Assembly: GCA_964016885.1 (NCBI GenBank)
Contig: OZ024760.1
Coordinates: 27,652,001 to 27,716,000 of the forward strand
Origin: Eledone cirrhosa
Taxonomy: Eukaryota
DNA: 64,000 nt
Reading direction: 5' to 3'
The position numbers and the translations under genes are program-made. The stretch's first letter is position 1; the number at the start of each line of letters is the position of its first letter. Positions 40,721-64,000 of this stretch are shown piece by piece. The notes beneath the pieces were generated by a model that was given only the letters and a program-made list of their open reading frames with translations, made no database searches and had not been told where the DNA came from.

Positions 40721-40989
40721 CAGGGATAAGTGAAAGATAATGTGTTTAGGAATGAGATTCATGGAATCATTAAACAGTGTGATCCACAATAAAGAAAGAA
40801 AGGAAAAAAAGGAGATATTGTTGCATTTTGGTAGAGTCATTTTTTTTGTCATAAAAAGAGCACATGCACTGTTCATCTCACACTTTTTATATATTTCCTC
40901 CCTTTTGTTAGTTAATGGTACAAAAGTCTTTTTAATACATCTAAGACCCAGTCAACTGTTTACATCTGTTGAAGTTCCATTCCTTGTTA

Positions 40990-52278
<11,289 letters not shown>

Positions 52279-52834
52279 TTATATATATATATATATATGT
52301 CTGTATGTTCTTCTGGTTTTATAATTTTATAAATTTTTCCCAAGAGAGTCGGTTTCTAACATAGACACAAGACTCTTGGAATTTAAACATCTGTTGTTTA
52401 TATGTATATATATGTATATATATATAAATATATGTGTATATATATATATGTATACATGTATGTCTGTAGGTGTGTATATATATGTATGTATATATATATG
52501 TATGCATATATGGATGGAAGTATGTGTGTGTATATGTGTATGTATGTATGTATGTATGTATATATATATATATGTAAATATGTATGTATATATATATATA
52601 TATGTAAATATGTATGTATATATATATGTAAATATGTATGTATATATGGATGGATGTATGTATACATATATTTATATGTAAATATGTATGTATATATGGA
52701 TGGATGTATGTATACATATATTTATATGTATGTATTTACATATATATATATATATGTGTGTGTGTACATATTATATATGTATGTATTTATACATATATAT
52801 ATATATATGTGTGTGTGTACATATTATATATATG

Positions 52835-52869
<35 letters not shown>

Positions 52870-53049
52870 GTGCGAGTGTGTATGTGTGTGTGTATATATA
52901 TATATATGAATAGAATATATCTATATCTATATATATATACATACATACACATACCCCTTATATTTGTGTATAAATTCCAACGTATTATTGGACATCTTTG
53001 GTGCTTAACAAAATACATTCACTCAACTCTTGATATTTTTCAGTTTGTA

Positions 53050-54030
53050 TATAAAATAAAGCACCAGTAATTCACTGGGGTCGATCTAATCGGCTTCCCC
53101 CCTCCCCTCAAAATTGCTGGCCTTGTGCCTAAATCAGAAACTATTATTATTATTATTGTTTTTGTTATATTTTCCTGGGACTTGGGTTGTTGTTAAAATC
53201 AATACCAGTTATATTCTGGGGTTTGTTTAATTGACTGTGTCTTGTTGTCTTGAAAATAATGTCTTTGTGCCCAGTTTTAACGAAAGAAACTGAAAAACAA
53301 GAAAGAAAGAAAAAGTAAAATAAACAAACAAAAAACAACTAACAAACAATCCCCACTGTATTATTTATTTATTTGTTTTATTGTAAAATATTTTTTTGGG
53401 GAGTCGTTAAGTTTGAAGTTTGTAGAAATGTGTAGAAAAAAAAAGAAATTTCTACAAATTTCATACTTGACGGTCTCATAGGAATTAAGGGTTAGTTTTT
53501 CAGAATTGTTGATTGTAAGACAGAGAAAATATCTGTGGTATTGAGTTACAACCCTTTCCATTGTTAAAGTGTCATATGAGATGTATTGTGGTATTTTGTT
53601 ATGACCAGGGTTGATAAATTGTTTAACAAAGTACCAGTAATACACTGGGCTAATTGCTGGCCAAAAGTAGAAAGAATTATTATTATTATAGGCAAAGGGC
53701 GGTGAATTGGCAGTATTGGAGAGGGTCGGACATGCTTTCCAGCATAGTTACGGCCCTTTACAATCTGAGTTCAAATCCCACCAAGGTTAACTTTGCCTTT
53801 CATCCTTACAGGGTCGATAAAATAAAGTACCAGTAATACACTGGGATAATTGCTGGCCTTGTGCCAAAAGTAGAAACAATTATTATTGTTATTATTCTTA
53901 TTATTAGGGCGGTGGATTGGTAGAGTGTCAGATGCCATGCTTTGCAGCATGGAGTTACGGCCCTTTACGGTCTGAGTTCAAATCCCGTTGAGGTTAACTT
54001 TGCCTTTCATCCTTACGGGGTCGATAAAAT
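53050..54030 (+). mobile_element. SINE cluster: fragments at about 53050 and 53625, tandem copies at about 53697 and 53907
   Basis: Matches to the 17527 SINE, including the GAGTTCAAATCC B-box. Confidence 0.85.
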
Positions 54031-54376
54031 AGTAGCAGTTGTTATTGTTGTTGCTGCTGTTGTTGTTGTTATTGCTGTTGTTATTCTTGCTGTTGTTGTT
54101 ATTGTTGCTGCTGTTGTTGTTGTTGTTGTTATTGCTGTTGTTATTGTTGCTGCTGTTGTTGTTATTGCTGTTGTTATTGTTGCTGTTGCTGCTGTTGTTG
54201 CTGTTGTTGTTGTTATTGCTGTTGTTGTTGTTATTGCTGTTGTTATTGTTGCTGTTGTTGTTATTGTTGCTGCTGTTGTTGTTGTTGTTGTTATTGCTGT
54301 TGTTATTGTTGCTGTTGCTGTTATTGTTGCTGCTGTTGTTGTTGTTATTGCTGTTGTTATTGTTGCTGTTGCTGTT

Positions 54377-54407
<31 letters not shown>

Positions 54408-55329
54408 TTGTTATTGCTGTTGTTATTCTTGCTGTTGTTGTTATTGTTGCTGCTGTTGTTGTTGTTGTTGTTATTGCTGTTGTTATTGTTGCTGTTGCTG
54501 TTGTTGTTATTGTTGCTGCTGTTGTTGTTATTGCTGTTGTTATTGTTGCTGTTGCTGCTGTTGTTGCTGTTGTTGTTGTTATTGCTGTTGTTGTTGTTAT
54601 TGCTGTTGTTATTGTTGCTGTTGTTGTTATTGTTGCTGCTGTTGTTGTTGTTGTTGTTATTGCTGTTGTTATTGTTGCTGTTGCTGTTATTGTTGCTGCT
54701 GTTGTTGTTGTTATTGCTGTTGTTATTGTTGCTGTTGCTGTTGTTGTTATTGTTGCTGCTGTTGTTGTTGTTGTTGTTATTGCTGTTGTTATTGTTGCTG
54801 TTGTTGTTATTGTTGCTGTTGTTGTTGTTGTTGTTGTTATTGTTGCTGTTGCTGTTGTTGTTATTGTTGCTGCTGTTGTTGTTATTGCTGTTGTTATTGT
54901 TGCTGTTGCTGTTGTTGTTATTGTTGCTGCTGTTGTTGTTGTTGTTGTTATTGTTGCTGTTGCTGTTGTTGTTATTGTTGCTGCTGTTGTTGTTGTTGTT
55001 GTTATTGTTGCTGTTGCTGTTGTTGTTATTGTTGCTGTTGTTGTTGTTGTTGTTGTTATTGTTGCTGTTGTTGTTATTGTTGCTGCTGTTGTTGTTATTG
55101 CTGTTGTTATTGTTGCTGTTGCTGTTGTTGTTATTGTTGCTGCTGTTGTTGCTGTTGTTGTTATTGTTGCTGCTGTTGCTGTTGTTGTTATTGCTGTTGT
55201 TATTGTTGCTGTTGCTGTTGTTGTTATTGTTGCTGCTGTTGCTGTTGTTGCTGCTGTTGTTATTGTTGTTGTTATTGTTGTTGTTGTTGTTATTGTTACT
55301 ACTGTTGTTGTTGTTGCTGTTGTTGTTGT
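54031..55329. repeat. (GTT/GCT/ATT)n compound trinucleotide array
   Basis: Directly visible; produces poly-V, poly-L and poly-N pseudo-ORFs. Confidence 0.95.
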
Positions 55330-55600
55330 AAGGCAGTGAAGTAAGATATATTTCAGACATCAGATAGAATACTCTACAATGTTTCTATTGGCTTTCTCCA
55401 CTCAGAGTTAAACTCCTAGGAAGGTCAACTTTCTGGAGTTGATAAAATACCAGTGACATACTGGGGAAGGTTTGCTCTGTCAGAGCTGACCAGGCGTTAA
55501 ATAATGACAGAATCTATACAGACACTCAGCATGCTAGAAATAGCAGTCAAATCATCCTCAAATTACGCCCTTTTCTTGTTTGAAAAAATTATAAATACAT
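55330..55600 (+). mobile_element. Diverged SINE-related sequence leading into the 42-bp array
   Basis: GAGTTAAACTCC...AGGTCAACTTT...GATAAAATACCAGT resembles the SINE body; CTAGAAATAGCAG also occurs at about 35413. Confidence 0.55.
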
Positions 55601-58600
55601 TGGATAATATAGTCCTAGATATACTGTGTCTGGGGGACACATCAGATAATGTAGTCCTAGATACACTGTGTCTGGGGGACACATCAGATAATGTAGTCCT
55701 AGATATACTGTGTCTGGGGGACACATGAGATAATGTAGTCCTAGATACACTGTGTCTGAGGGACACATTAGATAATGTAGTCCTAGATATACTGTGTCTA
55801 ATGGACACATTAGATAATGTAGTCCTAGATATACTGTGTCTGGGGGACACATCAGATAATGTAGTCCTAGATATACTGTGTCTGGGGGACACATCAGATA
55901 ATATAGTCCTAGATATACTGTGTCTGGGGGACACATCAGATAATGTAGTCCTAGATATACTGTGTCTGGGGGACACATGAGATAATGTAGTCCTAGATAC
56001 ACTGTGTCTGAGGGACACATTAGATAATGTAGTCCTAGATATACTGTGTCTAATGGACACATTAGATAATGTAGTCCTAGATATACTGTGTCTGGGGGAC
56101 ACATCAGATAATGTAGTCCTAGATATACTGTGTCTGGGGGACACATCAGATAATATAGTCCTAGATATACTGTGTCTGGGGGACACATCAGATAATGTAG
56201 TCCTAGATATACTGTGTCTGGGGGACACATGAGATAATGTAGTCCTAGATACACTGTGTCTGAGGGACACATTAGATAATGTAGTCCTAGATATACTGTG
56301 TCTAATGGACACATTAGATAATGTAGTCCTAGATATACTGTGTCTGGGGGACACATCAGATAATGTAGTCCTAGATATACTGTGTCTGGGGGACACATCA
56401 GATAATATAGTCCTAGATATACTGTGTCTGGGGGACACATCAGATAATGTAGTCCTAGATATACTGTGTCTGGGGGACACATCAGATAATATAGTCCTAG
56501 ATATACTGTGTCTGGGGGACACATCAGATAATGTAGTCCTAGATACACTGTGTCTGGGGGACACATCAGATAATGTAGTCCTAGATATACTGTGTCTGGG
56601 GGACACATCAGATAATGTAGTCCTAGATATACTGTGTCTGGGGGACACATCAGATAATATAGTCCTAGATATACTGTGTCTGGGGGACACATCAGATAAT
56701 GTAGTCCTAGATACACTGTGTCTGGGGGACACATCAGATAATGTAGTCCTAGATATACTGTGTCTGGGGGACACATCAGATAATGTAGTCCTAGATATAC
56801 TGTGTCTGGGGGACACATCAGATAATATAGTCCTAGATATACTGTGTCTGGGGGACACATCAGATAATGTAGTCCTAGATACACTGTGTCTGGGGGACAC
56901 ATCAGATAATGTAGTCCTAGATACACTATATCTGAGGGACACATTGGATAATATAGTCCTAGATATACTGTGTCTGGGGGACACATCAGATAATGTAGTC
57001 CTAGATATACTGTGTCTGGGGGACACATCAGATAATGTAGTCCTAGATACACTATATCTGAGGGACACATTGGATAATATAGTCCTAGATATACTGTGTC
57101 TGGGGGACACATCAGATAATGTAGTCCTAGATACACTATATCTGAGGGACACATTAGATAATATAGTCCTAGATATACTGTGTCTGGGGGACACATCAGA
57201 TAATGTAGTCCTAGATACACTATATCTGAGGGACACATTGGATAATGTAGTCCTAGATATACTGTGTCTGGGGGACACATCAGATAATGTAGTCCTAGAT
57301 ACACTATATCTGAGGGACACATTAGATAATGTAGTCCTAGATATACTGTGTCTGGGGGACACATCAGATAATGTATTCCTAGATACACTATATCTGAGGG
57401 ATACATTAGATAATGTAGTCCTAGATATACTGTGTCTGGGGGACACATTAGATAATGTAGTCCTAGATATACTGTGTCTGGGGGACACATCAGATAATGT
57501 AGTCCTAGATATACTGTGTCTGGGGGACACATCAGATAATGTAGTCCTAGATACACTATATCTGAGGGACACATTAGATAATGTAGTCCTAGATATACTG
57601 TGTCTGGGGGACACATCAGATAATGTAGTCCTAGATACACTGTGTCTAATGGACACATGAGATAATGTAGTCCTAGATATACTGTGTCTGGGGGACACAT
57701 CAGATAATATAGTCCTAGATACACTGTGTCTGGGGGACACATCAGATAATGTAGTCCTAGATACACTATATCTGAGGGACACATTAGATAATGTAGTCCT
57801 AGATATACTGTGTCTGGGGGGACACATCAGATAATGTAGTCCTAGATACACTATATCTGAGGGACACATTAGATAATGTAGTCCTAGATATACTGTGTCT
57901 GGGGGACACATCAGATAATGTAGTCCTAGATACACTATATCTGAGGGACACATTAGATAATGTAGTCCTAGATATACTGTGTCTGGGAGACACATCAGAT
58001 AATGTAGTCCTAGATACACTATATCTGAGGGACACATTAGATAATGTAGTCCTAGATATACTGTGTCTGGGGGACACGTCAGATAATGTAGTCCTAGATA
58101 CACTATATCTGAGGGACACATTAGATAATGTAGTCCTAGATATACTGTGTCTGGGGGACACATCAGATAATGTAGTCCTAGATACACTATATCTGAGGGA
58201 CACATTAGATAATATAGTCCTAGATATACTGTGTCTGGGGGACACATCAGATAATGTAGTCCTAGATACACTATATCTGAGGGACACATTAGATAATGTA
58301 GTCCTAGATATACTGTGTCTGGGGGACACATCAGATAATGTAGTCCTAGATACACTATATCTGAGGGACACATTAGATAATGTAGTCCTAGATATACTGT
58401 GTCTGGGAGACACATCAGATAATGTAGTCCTAGATACACTATATCTGAGGGACACATTGGATAATATAGTCCTAGATATACTGTGTCTGGGGGGACACAT
58501 CAGATAATGTAGTCCTAGATATACTATATCTGAGGGACACATTAGATAATGTAGTCCTAGATATACTGTGTCTGGGAGACACATCAGATAATGTAGTCCT

Positions 58601-61600
58601 AGATACACTATATCTGAGGGACACATTGGATAATATAGTCCTAGATATACTGTGTCTGGGGGACACATCAGATAATGTAGTCCTAGATACACTGTGTCTA
58701 ATGGACACATGAGATAATGTAGTCCTAGATATACTGTGTCTGGGGGACACATCGGATAATGTAGTCCTAGATACACTATATCTGAGGGACACATTAGATA
58801 ATGTAGTCCTAGATATACTGTGTCTGGGGGGACACATCAGATAATGTAGTCCTAGATACACTATATCTGAGGGACACATTGGATAATATAGTCCTAGATA
58901 TACTGTGTCTGGGGGACACATCAGATAATGTAGTCCTAGATACACTGTGTCTAATGGACACATGAGATAATGTAGTCCTAGATATACTGTGTCTGGGGGA
59001 CACATCAGATAATATAGTCCTAGATACACTATATCTGAGGGACACATTAGATAATGTAGTCCTAGATATACTGTGTCTGGGGGACACATCAGATAATATA
59101 GTCCTAGATACACTATATCTGAGGGACACATTAGATAATGTAGTCCTAGATACACTGTGTCTAATGGACACATGAGATAATGTAGTCCTAGATATACTGT
59201 GTCTGGGGGACACATCAGATAATGTAGTCCTAGATACACTGTGTCTAATGGACACATGAGATAATGTAGTCCTAGATATACTGTGTCTGGGGGACACATC
59301 AGATAATGTAGTCCTAGATACACTATATCTGAGGGACACATTAGATAATGTAGTCCTAGATATACTGTGTCTGGGGGACACATCAGATAATATAGTCCTA
59401 GATACACTATATCTGAGGGACACATTAGATAATGTAGTCCTAGATACACTGTGTCTAATGGACACATGAGATAATGTAGTCCTAGATATACTGTGTCTGG
59501 GGGACACATCAGATAATGTAGTCCTAGATACACTGTGTCTAATGGACACATGAGATAATGTAGTCCTAGATATACTGTGTCTGGGGGACACATCAGATAA
59601 TGTAGTCCTAGATACACTATATCTGAGGGACACATTAGATAATGTAGTCCTAGATATACTGTGTCTGGGGGACACATCAGATAATGTAGTCCTAGATACA
59701 CTATATCTGAGGGACACATTAGATAATGTAGTCCTAGATATACTGTGTCTGGGGGACACATCAGATAATATAGTCCTAGATACACTGTGTCTCATGGACA
59801 CATGAGATAATGTAGTCCTAGATATACTGTGTCTGGGGGACACATCAGATAATGTAGTCCTAGATACACTGTGTCTAATGGACACATTAGATAATGTAGT
59901 CCTAGATATACTGTGTCTGGGGGACACATCAGATAATGTAGTCCTAGATACACTGTGTCTAATGGACACATTAGATAATGTAGTCCTAGATATACTGTGT
60001 CTGGGGGACACATCAGATAATGTAGTCCTAGATACACTGTGTCTAATGGACACATGAGATAATGTAGTCCTAGATATACTGTGTCTGGGGGACACATCAG
60101 ATAATGTAGTCCTAGATACACTGTGTCTAATGGACACATTAGATAATGTAGTCCTAGATATACTGTGTCTGGGGGACACATCAGATAATGTAGTCCTAGA
60201 TACACTGTGTCTAATGGACACATGAGATAATGTAGTCCTAGATATACTGTGTCTGGGGGACACATCAGATAATGTAGTCCTAGATACACTATATCTGAGG
60301 GACACATTAGATAATGTAGTCCTAGATATACTGTGTCTGGGGGACACATCAGATAATGTAGTCCTAGATACACTATATCTGAGGGACACATTAGATAATG
60401 TAGTCCTAGATATACTGTGTCTGGGGGACACATCAGATAATGTAGTCCTAGATACACTATATCTGAGGGACACATTAGATAATGTAGTCCTAGATATACT
60501 GTGTCTGGGGGACACATCAGATAATGTAGTCCTAGATACACTATATCTGAGGGACACATTAGATAATGTAGTCCTAGATATACTGTGTCTGGGGGACACA
60601 TCAGATAATGTAGTCCTAGATACACTATATCTGAGGGACACATTAGATAATGTAGTCCTAGATATACTGTGTCTGGGGTACACATCAGATAATGTAGTCC
60701 TAGATACACTATATCTGAGGGACACATTAGATAATGTAGTCCTAGATATACTGTGTCTGGGGGACACATCAGATAATGTAGTCCTAGATACACTATATCT
60801 GAGGGACACATGAGATAATGTAGTCCTAGATATACTGTGTCTGGGGGACACATCAGATAATGTAGTCCTAGATACACTATATCTGAGGGACACATTAGAT
60901 AATGTAGTCCTAGATATACTGTGTCTGGGGGGACACATCAGATAATGTAGTCCTAGATACACTATATCTGAGGGACACATTAGATAATATAGTCCTAGAT
61001 ATACTGTGTCTGGGGGGACACATCAGATAATGTAGTCCTAGATACACTATATCTGAGGGACACATTAGATAATGTAGTCCTAGATATACTGTGTCTGGGG
61101 GGACACATCAGATAATGTAGTCCTAGATACACTATATCTGAGGGACACATTAGATAATGTAGTCCTAGATATACTGTGTCTGGGGGGACACATCAGATAA
61201 TGTAGTCCTAGATACACTATATCTGAGGGACACATTAGATAATGTAGTCCTAGATATACTGTGTCTGGGGGACACATCAGATAATGTAGTCCTAGATACA
61301 CTATATCTGAGGGACACATTAGATAATGTAGTCCTAGATATACTGTGTCTGGGGGGACACATCAGATAATGTAGTCCTAGATACACTATATCTGAGGGAC
61401 ACATTAGATAATGTAGTCCTAGATATACTGTGTCTGGGGGGACACATCAGATAATGTAGTCCTAGATACACTATATCTGAGGGACACATTAGATAATGTA
61501 GTCCTAGATATACTGTGTCTGGGAGACACATCAGATAATGTAGTCCTAGATACACTATATCTGAGGGACACATGAGATAATGTAGTCCTAGATATACTGT

Positions 61601-64000
61601 GTCTGGGGGGACACATCAGATAATGTAGTCCTAGATACACTATATCTGAGGGACACATTAGATAATGTAGTCCTAGATATACTGTGTCTGGGGGACACAT
61701 CAGATAATGTAGTCCTAGATACACTGTGTCTGGGGGACACATCAGATAATGTAGTCCTAGATACACTATATCTGAGGGACACATTGGATAATATAGTCCT
61801 AGATATACTGTGTCTGGGGGACACATCAGATAATGTAGTCCTAGATATACTGTGTCTGGGGGACACATCAGATAATGTAGTCCTAGATACACTATATCTG
61901 AGGGACACATTGGATAATATAGTCCTAGATATACTGTGTCTGGGGGACACATCAGATAATGTAGTCCTAGATACACTATATCTGAGGGACACATTAGATA
62001 ATATAGTCCTAGATATACTGTGTCTGGGGGACACATCAGATAATGTAGTCCTAGATACACTATATCTGAGGGACACATTGGATAATGTAGTCCTAGATAT
62101 ACTGTGTCTGGGGGACACATCTGATAATGTAGTCCTAGATACACTATATCTGAGGGACACATTAGATAATGTAGTCCTAGATATACTGTGTCTGGGGGAC
62201 ACATCAGATAATGTATTCCTAGATACACTATATCTGAGGGATACATTAGATAATGTAGTCCTAGATATACTGTGTCTGGGGGACACATTAGATAATGTAG
62301 TCCTAGATATACTGTGTCTGGGGGACACATCAGATAATGTAGTCCTAGATACACTATATCTGAGAGACACATTAGATAATGTAGTCCTAGATATACTGTG
62401 TCTGCGGGACACATCAGATAATATAGTCCTAGATACACTATATCTGAGGGACACATTAGATAATGTAGTCCTAGATATACTGTGTCTGGGGGACACATCA
62501 GATAATGTAGTCCTAGATACACTATATCTGAGGGACACATTAGATAATGTAGTCCTAGATATACTGTGTCTGGGGGACACATCAGATAATGTAGTCCTAG
62601 ATACACTGTGTCTAATGGACACATGAGATAATGTAGTCCTAGATATACTGTGTCTGGGGGACACATCAGATAATGTAGTCCTAGATACACTATATCTGAG
62701 GGACACATTAGATAATGTAGTCCTAGATATACTGTGTCTGGGGGACACATCAGATAATGTAGTCCTAGATACACTATATCTGAGGGACACATTGGATAAT
62801 ATAGTCCTAGATATACTGTGTCTGGGGGACACATCAGATAATGTAGTCCTAGATACACTGTGTCTAATGGACACATGAGATAATGTAGTCCTAGATATAC
62901 TGTGTCTGGGGGACACATCAGATAATATAGTCCTAGATACACTATATCTGAGGGACACATTAGATAATGTAGTCCTAGATATACTGTGTCTGGGGGACAC
63001 ATCAGATAATATAGTCCTAGATACACTATATCTGAGGGACACATTAGATAATGTAGTCCTAGATACACTGTGTCTAATGGACACATGAGATAATGTAGTC
63101 CTAGATATACTGTGTCTGGGGGACACATCAGATAATGTAGTCCTAGATACACTGTGTCTAATGGACACATGAGATAATGTAGTCCTAGATATACTGTGTC
63201 TGGGGGACACATCAGATAATGTAGTCCTAGATACACTATATCTGAGGGACACATTAGATAATGTAGTCCTAGATATACTGTGTCTGGGGGACACATCAGA
63301 TAATATAGTCCTAGATACACTATATCTGAGGGACACATTAGATAATGTAGTCCTAGATACACTGTGTCTAATGGACACATGAGATAATGTAGTCCTAGAT
63401 ATACTGTGTCTGGGGGACACATCAGATAATGTAGTCCTAGATACACTGTGTCTAATGGACACATGAGATAATGTAGTCCTAGATATACTGTGTCTGGGGG
63501 ACACATCAGATAATGTAGTCCTAGATACACTATATCTGAGGGACACATTAGATAATGTAGTCCTAGATATACTGTGTCTGGGGGACACATCAGATAATGT
63601 AGTCCTAGATACACTATATCTGAGGGACACATTAGATAATGTAGTCCTAGATATACTGTGTCTGGGGGACACATCAGATAATATAGTCCTAGATACACTG
63701 TGTCTAATGGACACATGAGATAATGTAGTCCTAGATATACTGTGTCTGGGGGACACATCAGATAATGTAGTCCTAGATACACTGTGTCTAATGGACACAT
63801 TAGATAATGTAGTCCTAGATATACTGTGTCTGGGGGACACATCAGATAATGTAGTCCTAGATACACTGTGTCTAATGGACACATTAGATAATGTAGTCCT
63901 AGATATACTGTGTCTGGGGGACACATCAGATAATGTAGTCCTAGATACACTGTGTCTAATGGACACATTAGATAATGTAGTCCTAGATATACTGTGTCTG
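55596..64000. repeat. 42-bp minisatellite array (about 200 units, runs off the window end) with higher-order structure
   Basis: Unit GGACACATCAGATAATGTAGTCCTAGATATACTGTGTCTGGG and variants. Because 42 is divisible by 3, the array produces long 14-aa-periodic ORFs. Confidence 0.97.

Noticed and set aside
53942-55360. Poly-Val, poly-Leu and poly-Asn ORFs (also 15817-16987 and 31372-31792)
   Set aside because: Trinucleotide arrays that are open in multiple frames.
55563-63968. Long ORFs with 14-aa periodicity, and a CRISPR-like appearance
   Set aside because: The 42-bp unit keeps several frames open on both strands and 1-bp indels break them at random. There are no unique spacers and no cas genes.

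Overview
Gene-poor, extremely repeat-rich animal genomic DNA. It is most consistent with an octopod cephalopod; this is inferred from the SINE family and the microsatellite load, not from a database search. More than half of the window is (TA)n/(CA)n/(TATG)n and trinucleotide microsatellite, plus a 49-bp GC-rich minisatellite and an 8.4-kb 42-bp minisatellite. Short retroelement fragments are embedded in the TA arrays: RTE, CR1, L1/Tx1-like, Penelope-like (PLE) RT and GIY-YIG pieces, tRNA-derived SINEs and two MITEs. No host protein-coding gene can be supported, and almost all ORFs in the track are repeat translations. The main hidden signal is an unusually dense set of type I hammerhead ribozyme (HHR) motifs: 10 with intact CUGANGA/GAAA/UH cores from several families, most with a tiny palindromic stem III, plus about 5 decayed copies. 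Some lie in PLE pseudo-LTRs and several lie beside fold-back inverted repeats. One motif (13135-13201, minus strand) has the three hammerhead strands in a non-circularly permuted (pseudoknotted) order. All structures were paired by eye and none was tested computationally.
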